From Glycera tridactyla (lineage: Eukaryota): a stretch of DNA of 64,000 nucleotides. Positions within the stretch are counted from its first letter, which is position 1. Every line of letters begins with the position of its first letter. The position numbers and the translations under genes were made by a program. The notes below the pieces were generated by a model that was not told the origin of the DNA, searched no databases, and saw nothing but the letters and a program-made list of their open reading frames with translations. The stretch spans positions 66,526,001-66,590,000 of the forward strand of contig OZ286473.1 in assembly GCA_965644265.1 (NCBI GenBank). Reading direction: 5' to 3'. Positions 38,630 through 50,938 of this stretch are shown here, in pieces.

Positions 38630-38743
38630 CTGTTTCACAATGATTCCCTTCATACCCATCAGCACAAATACAATTGTATGAATAGATGGTGTCATCGCAT
38701 GTTGCCCCATTCTCACATGGATTACTACTGCATTCATTAATAT
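38630..38743 (-). CDS. EGF exon, GC donor
   Basis: [38 protein letters not shown]; |GCAAGT. Confidence 0.85.
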
Positions 38744-39556
38744 CTGGAATAGACAATATCAGTAAGGGAGATATCATGAGGATGGAAGCACATGCTACAT
38801 CGAATTTTTGAGTAGATAGGGAGAGTTGGGAGGGTATTGGTGATCATCATCTACATAAAGATAATCATCATCACTATTATCATCATTATCATAATCGTAA
38901 TCATCATTATCAACAACACCATTTTCATCATTGCAGCACATGAGATTGTATATGGTGTTATTGGAAAAATATGAACACATGTCCTTCCTATGAGAATCAC
39001 AGAGAGGAGGAATATGATGCAGAATAACGAATGCACATTGCAACTGAGAGAATGCTGTGATTATATTCAACTTAGATATATATTGTGTATTCCAATGTGT
39101 GTCCCTCGATATTCATCAGCATATGTGCAATTTTGACAATAAAAAAGGGATGGCCCGTTGCCTTTGCTTGCATGTATTTTCAATGCAGTCACAATATTTT
39201 GTGAACGAATGATCTCATTTTGATTGCAGGAGAGACAGCATTGCTCTTGTATGATAAAATAACAACCAGCATATACGAAAGTTTGCGAAGATATTTAGGG
39301 TCAGTGTGGGATGATAAGGAGGCTTTACTGACCACATTAGCTGAAAATCCTCATTGTCACAAGTTTGAACAACTATATATTTTTTCTTCCTCAGGAATGT
39401 AACTCATGGAACGTATAATGTTGAGGGTGATCGACATAGGCAGATTCAGATAAACCCTTTTCGGCAGTCAATGCTAACATGGGCCCCATTACCATTGTTG
39501 CCAACATGTAGTGTATTATTGAAGAGAAGCAGAGAGTATCTTGAAATGTGACTTGC

Positions 39557-39670
39557 CTGTTTCACAATGGGTTCCTCCATAACCATCAGCGCATAAACAA
39601 TTGTAGGAACTTATGGTGTCATTGCAGGTTGCCCCATTCCCACAGGGATCACTACTACACTCATCAATAT
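39557..39670 (-). CDS. EGF exon, GC donor
   Basis: [38 protein letters not shown]; |GCAAGT. Confidence 0.85.
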
Positions 39671-40842
39671 CTGTAACCGACAATATCAATATGGAAAGTG
39701 TTATTGGAATGGAAATGATTTCCTACAAAGAATACTGAATCGATACAGAAATTGAGTGAATTATTCTCATCATCCTTCTCTTCTTGCTTACTTCTCCTCC
39801 TCCTCCTTCTCCTCCCTCTCCTCCTCCTCATCCTCCTCCTCCTCATCATCATCATCATCATCATCATCATAATCATCATCAACATCACCATCATCGTTGT
39901 AACAATCATCATCTTTATCATCCTTGTTACAGTGCTTGGGATTGCATACTTATATTTTGAGATTGTAACAACATTAAGAAAATGAACACATGTCCTTCCA
40001 AAACGAGTCAAAGAGGGATGGAATATAACTCCAGATGATATCTGCTCATTGGATTTAAGGAAAAACTGTGATTGTATCTCACACAAATATGTATTGCGTG
40101 TTTCAATACCTGTCCCTTAATACCAATTGGCATATGTGATATTGTAGTGATGAAAAGGCATAACCAGTTGCCTTTCTCGCACGGATTCCAAATGCACTAA
40201 GCAATTTCTCCAAGCAAAAGGATGCATAGGATACTTATTCATACACCTATTCACACATTTGTCACAGGGAAAGGGGTGATAATGATGAACAGCAGAGAAG
40301 TATAGGAGATCAGCAGATAGCATCAGAAAAGGTTGATTGCCTGTTTAATGATGTGTTCCCTAATTTCCATCAAAAGTGCTCATTTGAATATATCTCGCAT
40401 GTTTCAATATGTGTCTTATCATATCCATTCACATATGTGCAATTTTCTGTTATATCAAGCCAGGCAATACCTGTTGCTTCCCTCACGCACAGTTAACCCA
40501 TGCACTTAACAAATTTCGTGGGGGAATTATCCTATGATGATTATGGGAGGAATCATAACACGTTTTCAATGATCAGGAAGCAATAAGAAGTTTAGGCAGA
40601 GATATTCAAGGAAAGTGATGCATCATTGGAGGGCTGTAACAACCACATCACCTATCAAGCATCATTGTTACAAGATCACAAGATTCTTGTTTTGATGAAT
40701 TCATCAGTCACTGAATGAAAAGTTATCTCACACAGGGTGTACATGGAACTATTCTCACATTGATAACAGAAAATAGGTGAATATTGTTGAAGCAAGACAA
40801 ATTATGGGAGAATGACAGATAGTATTCGCAAATTTAACTTGT

Positions 40843-40957
40843 CTGTTTCACAATGAGTTCCTTCATAACCATCATCACATAAACAATTGTTAGAATAGAC
40901 CATGTTATTGCAAGTTGCCATATTCTCACATGGAACTACTACTGCACTCATCAATAT
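40843..40957 (-). pseudogene. Dead EGF exon (115 bp, frameshift, donor mutated to AC)
   Basis: DIDECSSSSM*; GAAACAG|ACAAGT. Confidence 0.85.
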
Positions 40958-41046
40958 CTGCAACAGTCAATATCAATATAAAAATTGTAATGAGGATGCA
41001 AATAATATTTATGAGGTGCAGAGAGCAAATTAGTAGATTATGAGGG

Positions 41047-41077
<31 letters not shown>

Positions 41078-41585
41078 CCATCATCATTATCATCATCATC
41101 GTCGTCGTCGTCGTCGTCGTCATTGTCAAAGAACCTGAGGTTGTACACCTGCATTTGGAGATCATGACATCATTTGAGAAAACAAGCACATGTCCTCCCA
41201 AGATAGAGAATATAATCCCAAAAAATGACTGCACATGGAAGTTGAGAAAATACAACAAGATTATCAAATGTATATCACGTGTTCCAATTAGTGTCCCTCG
41301 ATAATCATTGGCATAGATACAATTGTAATGATGAACAAGGTACAGCCAGTTGCCTCTCCTGCATGAAATCCTGACTGCACAATTTTTAGATAGAAGGATG
41401 CATATGGATGCATATGGATGCATATGATACATTTTTCAAATTCGTTTCTCAATCAATAGATATCCTATGTCATACAGAAAGGCTGAATACCTATCCACAA
41501 ATGATACACAGGAAAATGGGGGTGAGATCGCTGGAGAGAGATATCATAGGAGAGCAGCAGATAGCCTTTGCAAAATGTAACTTGC

Positions 41586-41699
41586 CTGTTTCACAATGAG
41601 TTCCTTCATAACCATCAGCACACATACAATTGTATGAATTGAAGGTGTCCATGCAAGTTGCCCCATTCTCACATGGAATACTACTGCAATCATCGATAT
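41586..41699 (-). CDS. EGF exon, GC donor
   Basis: [38 protein letters not shown]; |GCAAGT. Confidence 0.85.
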
Positions 41700-41783
41700 C
41701 TGTAACAGACAATATCTGGAAGACATCATGAGGACGGAACTGAAATCCTACAGAAGATTTATGAGTAGATAGATAAAAATGGT

Positions 41784-41828
<45 letters not shown>

Positions 41829-42693
41829 GTCATCATCATCATCATCATCATCGTCATCATCATCATTGTCAGGAGCAGGAGTTTCAGAGAGAGGATATAA
41901 GTACAACCACCTCAAAATTGTTACTCCAGGACGAGTTTGATTTCTGATCACCCATGACAAGTTTCTCTGTACACACTTTTGACTTTCTGAGAACCGTTGT
42001 TACGTTTTTTTCTACTCGATGACAACGAGTTGTCTGTCAGGCTCATGATCGAGTTCACTATCTGATGAGAATTATTCCTGATACAAATCCCATCTTCCAT
42101 AGCATTCAAATCAGCACCTCGATCTACGTCTTTTGGCGTGCTCTTAGGATCAAAGCTTAATAAGGTGCAAAGTTACAGAGGCGCAAACTTTTCATTTAGA
42201 CCTGTCCTAGCTATCATAGCAAGCAGGGCTCACCATGGCTCGGTGATGATGGGATCAATTATGAAGCATGCAGAGGCTGTAAGAAAAACCGGCTGTATCA
42301 AATACCTAATATATGAGAGGAATTCTCCGTTTTCTTAGTTCCTCACTTTGGGTAATTCACGAGTTTCAGAGCCTAAGTTAAGAAAATTTAGAGTTGGTGA
42401 TTTTCGTTTTTCCTCGAGAGCTTGAGATTCACTAGGCCGGGCCCAAAAGCGAAATAATAATGACCTGTGCTCAATTTGGTGGTGTTACAATTAGATTGAT
42501 TCATCGGTCGATGAACTAACAGTTGACATACACAGATGTTACATGGACCTATCTCAACATTGGTCACAGAGAAAAGGGGGATATTGTTGAAGAGGGAAAA
42601 TAATAGGAGAGCAGCAGATAGCACTAGACAGTATAACGAGTTCCTTCATAACAATCGGGAAAATTGCTGATAGTATCTGCAAATTTGACTTGC

Positions 42694-42807
42694 CTGTTTC
42701 ACAATGAGTTCCTTCATATCCATCGGTACATATACAATTGTATGAATTGACGTTGTCATCGCAAATTGGCCCATTCCCACATGGATTACTACTGCACTCA
42801 TCAATAT
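42694..42807 (-). CDS. EGF exon, GC donor
   Basis: [38 protein letters not shown]; |GCAAGT. Confidence 0.85.
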
Positions 42808-42989
42808 CTGGAACAGACATTATCAATATGGAAAATGTAATGAGGATGCAGAGGCAGCGGCAGCAGCAGCATGTCATACACAGGGAGTACATTCACAAAT
42901 TCTCAAATCAATGAAAAATGAGAGATGGATATTGTTGAAGATGGCAAATTATGGGGAAACAGTGGATAGTATTCGCAAATGTAGCTTGC

Positions 42990-43103
42990 CTGTTTCACAA
43001 TGAGTTCCTTCATATCCATAAATACATATACAATTGTATGAACCGACCATGTCATTGCAGAATGCCCCGTTCTCACATGGATTACTACTGCACTCATCAA
43101 TAT
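42990..43103 (-). CDS. EGF exon, GC donor
   Basis: [38 protein letters not shown]; |GCAAGC. Confidence 0.85.
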
Positions 43104-43468
43104 CTGGAACAGACAATATCAATATGGAAAATGTTATGAGGATGCAAATAACATTCCACAAGAGATGTAGAGGTGGATGGAGCTGAAAATCCGGTCAGTT
43201 GGGATCATGATAATCAGCAGCAGCATCNNNNNNNNNNNNNNNNNNNNNNNNNNNNNNNNNNNNNNNNNNNNNNNNNNNNNNNNNNNNNNNNNNNNNNNNN
43301 NNNNNNNNNNNNNNNNNNNNNNNNNNNNNNNNNNNNNNNNNNNNNNNNNNNNNNNNNNNNNNNNNNNNNNNNNNNNNNNNNNNNNNNNNNNNNNNNNNNN
43401 NNNNNNNNNNNNNNNNNNNNNNNNNNNNNNNNNNNNNNNNNNNNNNNNNNNNNNNNNNNNNNNNNNNN

Positions 43469-45037
43469 TTGACCTGACTAAGGCCTTTGACAAAGTTGAC
43501 CATGATATACTTCTCCCTAAATCATAATTCTTGGGTTTTCGGAATTCTGTTCCCTTATGGTTTGAATTATATTCAAAGAATAGGCACCAGGCAGTCAAAT
43601 GTACTGAGGTATTATCTGATTTTGCAAATGTTGAAATAGGGGTGCTTCAAGGCTTGATCCTTGGGCCACTCCGATTTGTCCTATCTAATAATGACCTCCC
43701 ATCTGGGATTAGGCATTCGAAAGTCTTCATGTATGCGGACAACACCGCTATCCTGATGAAATTTTGCAAAAATTAGTAGCGGATATGAGTGATTTAGAAG
43801 AATGGTTCGAAAGAAACAAATTGACACCTTATCACGAAAAGTCAAAATAATGTTTTTCGAAACTCGTCCAGAATTACGAAATCTGTCGAACCAACCCTCC
43901 CTACTAAGCTTTGATAGGGTGTCGACCTTTAGTTACTTAGAAATGAAGCTTGATTCACACTTAAACTTTGATTTACGTGTAGGTGCCATTGTAAGTACGC
44001 TCCGGAACTAGCTTCCTATTGAGAATCCGCTGTTTTATAGATAAGAACCTGGCTTTGTTTCTTGCTAAATCCCTTATTATCCCTCTGTTTGACCGTGGAG
44101 ATGTATTATTATTTGGTAGTGACAGTTGTTTCCTGAAGAAACAGGATGTTGCTTTTAATGATGTACTTTGTGCGTGTCTGTGTTGCAACAGGATAACTTC
44201 AACAAATTATCTACTAACGGAGGCGAATATGGTGGGCTTGATGGATACACGAAATTATCATGCGTTATGCACATTCAAGAAGATAAACATAGGTCTGTGC
44301 TCTGGTCGGTTGAATAAAACTTTTGTTGAAAAATTTGAAAATTCAAATGAGGAATCATGCCAGACTAGATCTGAATATGTGGATAGACACAGAATTCCGA
44401 AAACAAATCTGAAATCGACCGAAAAACACTTTTTCATGCAAATTATTAGAATCTGGAATGCCATCCCACTAGAGACATGATCATGTGGAAGTATTACAAC
44501 TTTCAAATCTCAATTGAAAAGGAAACTGAGTGCAAAACGCCATACTATGTACCTTTAATACTGTACAACATTCAGTATTGCTGCTTGTACTTCATGATTT
44601 TGTATTGATGGAATGATCTGCGGGATATGGCACTGCCTATAAGGAAGTGCATTTTTCTCAGCTTGATGGAAAGTATTAAGCTTGGGTTTTCTAGTGTCCA
44701 GGGACCACCACTTTGTGCTTGCCAGAACACTGCCGGGTTGCTCAGTGATTTTATTATTGAATTATGATATTTGCCACTTGGCGGTGAGCATGTCCTTAAA
44801 TTTTATTTAATCCTATCTATGCTGCCTGTATTTATTTTGTCAGAATGGTTTGATTTGATTTTATATCATGGACCATTTCTTATGCTTGGGTATTGGGGAC
44901 CTCTATTCAGTGCTTCCCTCTTGATTTTCTCTGACGTTTTGTCTGGTTTTGTTCTTTGTTGATCCATCGTCTTGCAGAACTATATTGTGTGTCTTGATAA
45001 TGAAGAGTAAAATACTTGCCTTCACTTAAATTCCCTA
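43469..45037 (+). mobile_element. Old CR1/L2-type LINE fragment (decayed RT plus start of 3' UTR); probably continues at 61355-61860
   Basis: DLTKAFDKVDH, GVLQGLILGPL, MYADNT, IWNAIP...FKSQLKRKL motifs with many stops. Confidence 0.8.
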
Positions 45038-45103
45038 GATCTATCTGTACCATTTCTCCCTCAAATTTAGCATTCCCTGGGTCGATAGGCCTACGTGCAA
45101 ACA

Positions 45104-45222
45104 TAACAACAATAAGAATTTCAATTGGGGGTGTTCCCACCGGCCGCCGATAGTCCCGCCAGATGTCAGGCGGGACTGTTGACGTCCTGCGGCCACTGCC
45201 GTATCTCTGTGTATTTTTCAAC
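45104..45222 (+). repeat. DIRS left inverted terminal repeat (pairs with 61219-61338)
   Basis: taacaacaataagaatttcaattggggg...gtatttttcaac is the reverse complement of 61219-61338 with a few substitutions; internal hairpin gtcccgcc-agatgtca-ggcgggac. Confidence 0.92.
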
Positions 45223-46210
45223 TTTGCGTCGTTAGTGACAGTTGGAGAATACCTGGGCTCCGTGGAAATTTGTATTTTCACATCGCCTATGGCTTTCTGC
45301 GTGACGCGATCATTGTCGGATTGATTAATCATTCTTTAAGGATTGTACTTATCACCGGATTGCGTTACGTGGAGAGTAGCGATCAATTATTGTGATACAT
45401 TACTTATCGGAACATGGTTTAGTTATTGTTGCTAGACGGGGGGGGGGGGGGGGCGGGAGCGCGCCCTCCTTCCCGTATTGCGAGTCTGAGCTGTTGTTGT
45501 CAGATCTGTGACATTGCTCAGCTTATCAGTGATCATTTATGATTATTCATGTTTCTTGTATTTGCCTAATGGGCTTGGTCGGTTTTGAAAGTCACTTTCC
45601 GCTCGGCAGTGGACATGAGTGCACGGGAGCGCGCGCTCCTGGCATTGTGGTGACAGCCATCGCTGACCTGTCATCGGTTACATTACTTGAAGAGAAAAGG
45701 GGAGATTGTAGTGATTGGGGACGAGCTTATGTGTGTGTGGGCGGCCGTGTGTATGAAGTGTCAGTTGCGTCTCAGAGCTGTGCGTGAAGCTCTCGACAGT
45801 TTACAATCAAGCTGCTTCTGTATAGCAGGTTGAATTGATCATTCATGAATTATGTCATTGTGTGAGTCAGTACTCTATCACAGCTGTTTTGAGTAGAGTA
45901 GTGGGGTTCAGGTGAACATCAATGTTGGCGGTTTGTGATTCATGCTCTTGCCTCTGAAATGATACCCTTGGTATCTGTGATTTTCATATCATTGCAGGAT
46001 TGTTGACTACCTTTAAAATGGCACTCGGGTGTCTGTGACTTTCATATCAGTTGTATATAATCACACTTGAACCTGGTGTTGTGTCATCATTCATGGTCGT
46101 GCATAGCTGCAAGCCCTAGCCCCAACCACGCTGCAATATTGTACCCTTGCCATCAATTCTGAGTAATGTGAGTATCCTGGCCCATAGTTCGAATTCACAT
46201 ATTCTACATT

Positions 46211-48924
46211 ATGTCTTCCGAACAGAAAAAAAGAAGATTGTGGACACCTCATGTCATTGTGGGATGATCATAGAAATTGTCCAAATTGTAGACAATGTGG
46301 TAACTTGGAAGATGTTCAAAGATTTGGCCAAAAAGTTTGTAAAACCTGTTCAGTCTGGCCGTGGGAGAGTTGGGAGGCTCACTATAGGAGCAGGAGACAA
46401 TTTCTGAAACGCATAGTTCATTCCCCTGCTGTCCCGGAGGAAAACTCTAAAAGGAGTAAGACTATGGCCCAGATTGTAGAGAATACTTCTGTGTCTTCCA
46501 AGAAAACTGAGCCCCCGTCCCTGTCAAACACAATGTGAGTAAACACCCTGGTCCTAGTTCAGAGGGGCATGCTTCTGTAGACAGCCTTGCCAGTGTGGCA
46601 GAAGATTTAGCATCTAGGCCACATTTGCTACAGTCCATTCGCAGGAGGAAGGAACTTGCCAAGCAAAAGCTTTTGTCTAAAGCAGGGATTGATTCTGAGG
46701 AACTTAGAATGGCTTCCTCTTCTGCTATTGTCATGCCAGAGGTCACTTTGACACTTTTGAGGCCAGGCACTGGACTGTCATTTTTGGATGGTGTGCCTGG
46801 AGATACTCAAGAGAATCCAGCTTCCACATCAGTACAATTCCAGGATGATTTCTTCTGGCCAGAGCAGCCAGCTGTGGATGTAGTCAAACCTGTTAATATA
46901 GTTGAATCTTCAAATGCTGGGAAAGATTCCAATCGCAAGAAAACCAGTAGTACCAATGCAGGTAGTATTCTATCTAAGGCCAGTGGACATTCAGTTCATT
47001 CCGTTTATTCATCTCATGAATCTAAGCTTAATACTAGTGTGAGAGCAGTTTCTCGTAGAGGACGAGCTATTTCACCTGTCCGGGCTCCAAAGGATCCCAT
47101 GGGGACAGATTCGACCGAACCAGAACTCCGGTCAGTTCACGCTTTAAAGCGTTCAGGTTTTAGACCGGGGTGTGCTCAAGCGGTTCTAGCCAAAGCAGGG
47201 ATCCGCTTAGCGGCAGCACCCGCTAGGAGTCTGATTCGGACAAGATCCGGAGTTAGCGGACATGAGCTCATTCACTCTCAGAAGTTTCATGATAATGATA
47301 CCATTACAGTGATTAGATCGTGAGCGGCTGCGGCTGCACTCATTGCAACTTCTTCTCATCAAGCTCTAGCAGTCCAGGTTGAGATCTATAGGGAGGATGA
47401 GCCTCCGGTCCTTTTGAATGAGCCAGTCTCCGGCTCACCAGATTCTTGGAAATCTCTGCTGGATGAGTTATCTACTAGAAGAAAACAGATGGAGGAAAAC
47501 CTTCTTAGTCTACAGGACCTGATGTCCAAGGTGAAATCAGACATAGGATCCAGAGGAAATGATAATAGACTTCCTCCCATGCCACGACAGGATAGTCCTC
47601 CTCAGGTTCAGCCTCACGTACAGAGAAATATCCCTTGCACTGCATCAGCCCCAGGTAGAACTGCGTTTATGAGGGATCCACGAATCAGGTCTTTGTCACC
47701 AGTTGTGGTAGAAAGGGATAGATCAGAATTAGCTTCAGCAGCGAGATTTGAAGCAATGGCTGAGAGATTGCAGAATGTCGAGAATCAGTTGAAAAAGAAG
47801 GATGAGAATGCTCAAGCTGAAACTGATCCAGAATCAGACGAAGACACTGAGAAACCAGCTGTTAAAAGAAGGTTGAGAAATTTTAGAAAATTTGCGGCAG
47901 AGATGTTGCCTGCCGATATTCCTCAGCCAGATGTTCATCATGAGGCAGTACCTGGTGTATCTCAAAAACATCTGAATACTTCTTATGAGCAGGAAAGGAA
48001 GTCTAATGAAACAGATTGTTTGACCAAATCATCTCTTCCTTTGTCATCCTTACTGATTACGACTCAAGAGAGTCTAGACAGAGCCCTTCGAGGCAAGGAG
48101 AAGGGTCAGGTACTTCAACCAGTTGACACTCCTTTGAAAGAGTTCAAAGTAGGCAGATTAGGCTTGCAGGAAGGGAGTGCAAAGTACTTTAGGATATCCA
48201 TGCCAAAATCTACAGGTTGTAACCCAAAGTCCTACAGAGTGAGACAGACAGGAGATAGATCCAGGAGGCATTTGGTTGAGCCCCCGTTAATTGATTCGGA
48301 TTATTCTCAATATGGTAAACTGTCTAAATCCGAGCTAAAACCGTCTAATGACAAACTCATTCTTAGACAATCTCTAAAAACTCTCAGCTACGCAGATTTT
48401 GCGTTGGCTGCGGGTCTGTGTGCCGGGGAACTCTCAGAAGCTGAGTCTCTTAATATTAAGAATAAAGCTCGGGAAGCCACTCGTGTAGGACTCAAAGCAG
48501 TTGAACATACAGCACAACTTGTCTTGAAAGTCGTCGGCAACATAGAGCTGACCAGACGCACTCAAGCTTTACGTTCAACTGACTTTGACGAGGACACTGA
48601 GTTACAATTGAGGTCTTTACCTATGGGCAATGAAGAACTCTTTGGAGGCAGACTCTTTGATGCTTCAGAACAATCCTCGGAGAAATGTCGCAGGAAGCGA
48701 GAAATGTCTTTTGATTCTCACCTTCGTGGGACCTATAAATCATACCCAAATAGAGGTTCAGGTAGAGGTGGAGGATTTGTGGGCAAGTCTAGAGGTGGCA
48801 ATAACCAGAAGAGTAGAGGCTAGGGCTTCAGAGGTAGGGGGTCGAGGTAGAGGTGCTCCAGCATCAGGCCAGACAAAGAAAGACTTCAATGAGAATCAGT
48901 CCTCTAACTTTGATCAGGATGTAA
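46211..48924 (+). pseudogene. DIRS ORF1 (gag-like), frameshifted; C-terminus resumes at 57479-57528 after the LINE insertion
   Basis: N-terminal CGH.M...D.H..C..C..C...C..C..W motif; conserved N.EL.RR....LP....LFG block; RG-rich tail completed as ...FDQDV|KPKFPKSRGRGRKRQP* when the LINE is removed. Confidence 0.8.
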
Positions 48925-48989
48925 GATATGGGGACCCGGATGTGCGAGTAGACGCGTTGTTGATCGGTCTGGGAGAATAAGCACGGAAT

Positions 48990-50879
48990 ATGTCGTCTAA
49001 ACCTTTAACAGCGCCTCCGAACCAACCATACATTACTGATTACACTTCTAAGGATACTTCGGATTCAAAATTAGATGCCGAGGCTAAACTTAAGGCCTTG
49101 ATCGCGGATACTAAAATCCAAGCAAACGGTAATGTTGTTACTGACACTGTAACCATGGACGCTACTGCGACCGTGACCGAGACTGCACCCGCTAACAATA
49201 ACAAACCTCCAGATCTTTCCGACATAACCGCTGACAGCGCTCTTGCAAGCACACCAGGTGGGAAGTCTAAACGCAACCGTGATCACTTCTCCCCTCCGGG
49301 TGATGTTCCCCTTGATAAAAAACAGGTAATCGAAATACCGGTTTCCGTGAGACATTCTAATTTGCAATTAAACTCAGAAGCCCTGCCTTGTGAGACCATT
49401 GAACCTCCGAGCAGTGACCAATTGCAGCTGGCTCAATGCAGTGTTATCGTCTCTGACGAGACTAGCCTTGCTAATATGACCAACGGAGATCAAGATGATC
49501 ACGGCATTGACCTGCATATGCAGTCGCCTTTTAATGAAGCTGGTGTGTCTGATGACCCGGTTGTCAACTCGATCAATGAAAACAAATTACCCTTTAACTA
49601 CGCTGACCTGAAAAACCAGTTAATGTGCGAAATCAAATCTGAGTTGAATCAAACGATCAAAAAAGAGCTCAGTACTACTATCAACAACTGTGTTGATGAT
49701 CTCATTCTCCTTATAAATAATCTCGAGTCTAGAGTAACAGCAACAGCGAGTGCTCTTAATAATCATATCGGAAAATCTAGTCTTAATACTGACTCTGGGG
49801 ACATTTCTCCTCCTCCCACTGACCTAAAATCACTGATCAATGAACTGAGTGTAACCAAACTCGAACTCAATAAGGCAGTTGGACGACTGGAAAACCTGGA
49901 GCTGAGTGATAGAACAAATGTCATTCTCGTTGATGGATTTAAACCGACTGATGACCGTCCTATAACAGATGCTATTCTATCCGAGTTGAATCAAAGACTT
50001 GGTACTTCTCTCTCCAGATCTGACATTCTGCACTGCCATTTCTTTGGCCCTCTCTCAGATGACCCATCTAAATCAACCACCATACGAATCAAGTTCCACT
50101 CAGCAATGACCAAAAGGAGCATCCTTAAGTTAAAAGGCAAACTTAGGGATACTCCCATCTTTCTAAAAGAACATTTGACAGTAAATAATAGCCGTATTTT
50201 CTATAACTCACGAGAAGCACGCAAATATGGTATTATTGACCATACGTGGACGGATAATGGCAAAGTATGGGTCACGACATCCACTGATGACCCCCCAAAA
50301 CTGATTAAGGACTCTAGTGAGCTAATTAGCACTGTCGAGGAGGCCAAACAGAGAGGCGTTCAACCGCGAACGGATTTTCCGCCTCGCCAACCACGACATA
50401 ATCGACATGATCAGAACTACACTAAGACACCACTACCACGCAATAATAGCCGAATTTCACAATATGTTGGTACTCGCCGTCGGGCACAATTCAACTATGA
50501 CACTGATTTCCCTGTACAAACGCACTACAGCCAACAACCTAACTTTAATGCGTCAATAGACAACACCCCGATCCAGTCGCGTCTTGCCGGAATTGCCTAT
50601 GGCATGAACGGCTGGAATGCAGGCCCACCGCCTAACACCCTCTCGTACGATAACAACCAGTATAACATGCAACGCCACTCGCAAATGCAGTCATTCATGC
50701 CGACAGATACAAGCACACGACCACCGCTACCACCGCCGATACCGTACACCCGTCCGTCGCACGACGGTTTCCAACGGCCACCGCCACATTTGTCTGTGCC
50801 CTCTTTCCGAGCACAAGTCCCTTCGTACCCTGCGACTAGCAATCGTTTTTTTCCGCTTCAAAATTGGAATCAGAATTAA
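48990..50879 (+). CDS. LINE ORF1p, L1-type (coiled coil + RRM + CTD) with low-complexity N- and C-terminal extensions, 629 aa, intact
   Basis: Heptads LKSLINELSVTKLELNKAVGRLENLE, RRM start NVILVDG, IRIKF...K..IL, IFLKEHLT, WT.NGKVWV. Confidence 0.85.
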   Translation: MSSKPLTAPPNQPYITDYTSKDTSDSKLDAEAKLKALIADTKIQANGNVVTDTVTMDATATVTETAPANNNKPPDLSDITADSALASTPGGKSKRNRDHFSPPGDVPLDKKQVIEIPVSVRHSNLQLNSEALPCETIEPPSSDQLQLAQCSVIVSDETSLANMTNGDQDDHGIDLHMQSPFNEAGVSDDPVVNSINENKLPFNYADLKNQLMCEIKSELNQTIKKELSTTINNCVDDLILLINNLESRVTATASALNNHIGKSSLNTDSGDISPPPTDLKSLINELSVTKLELNKAVGRLENLELSDRTNVILVDGFKPTDDRPITDAILSELNQRLGTSLSRSDILHCHFFGPLSDDPSKSTTIRIKFHSAMTKRSILKLKGKLRDTPIFLKEHLTVNNSRIFYNSREARKYGIIDHTWTDNGKVWVTTSTDDPPKLIKDSSELISTVEEAKQRGVQPRTDFPPRQPRHNRHDQNYTKTPLPRNNSRISQYVGTRRRAQFNYDTDFPVQTHYSQQPNFNASIDNTPIQSRLAGIAYGMNGWNAGPPPNTLSYDNNQYNMQRHSQMQSFMPTDTSTRPPLPPPIPYTRPSHDGFQRPPPHLSVPSFRAQVPSYPATSNRFFPLQNWNQN

Positions 50880-50938
50880 CTTCTCGTTAGAAGTCATTTT
50901 CGGCGGACCTTACATATTGTGCTAGGAAGGCTAACGCC

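Larger units (their letters stand above)
26600..43230. repeat. Intronic microsatellites ((CAT)n, (CTC)n, (CAA)n, (CAG)n, (CATCAG)n) within tandemly duplicated introns; assembly gaps at 31823-31987, 34912-35054, 37914-~38054 and 43228-43468
   Basis: Direct reading; the gaps fall in the microsatellite-rich intron segments. Confidence 0.9.

Noticed and set aside
26600-43230. Poly-Ile/Leu/Met/His/Ser ORFs in the ORF track
   Set aside because: Translations of intronic trinucleotide microsatellites and N-gaps
48925-48989. HDV-like ribozyme in the LINE 5' UTR
   Set aside because: Some pairing is possible (CCCGGA/TCTGGG, GTGC/GCAC), but there is no convincing P3/P1.1 and no catalytic C in the joining strand
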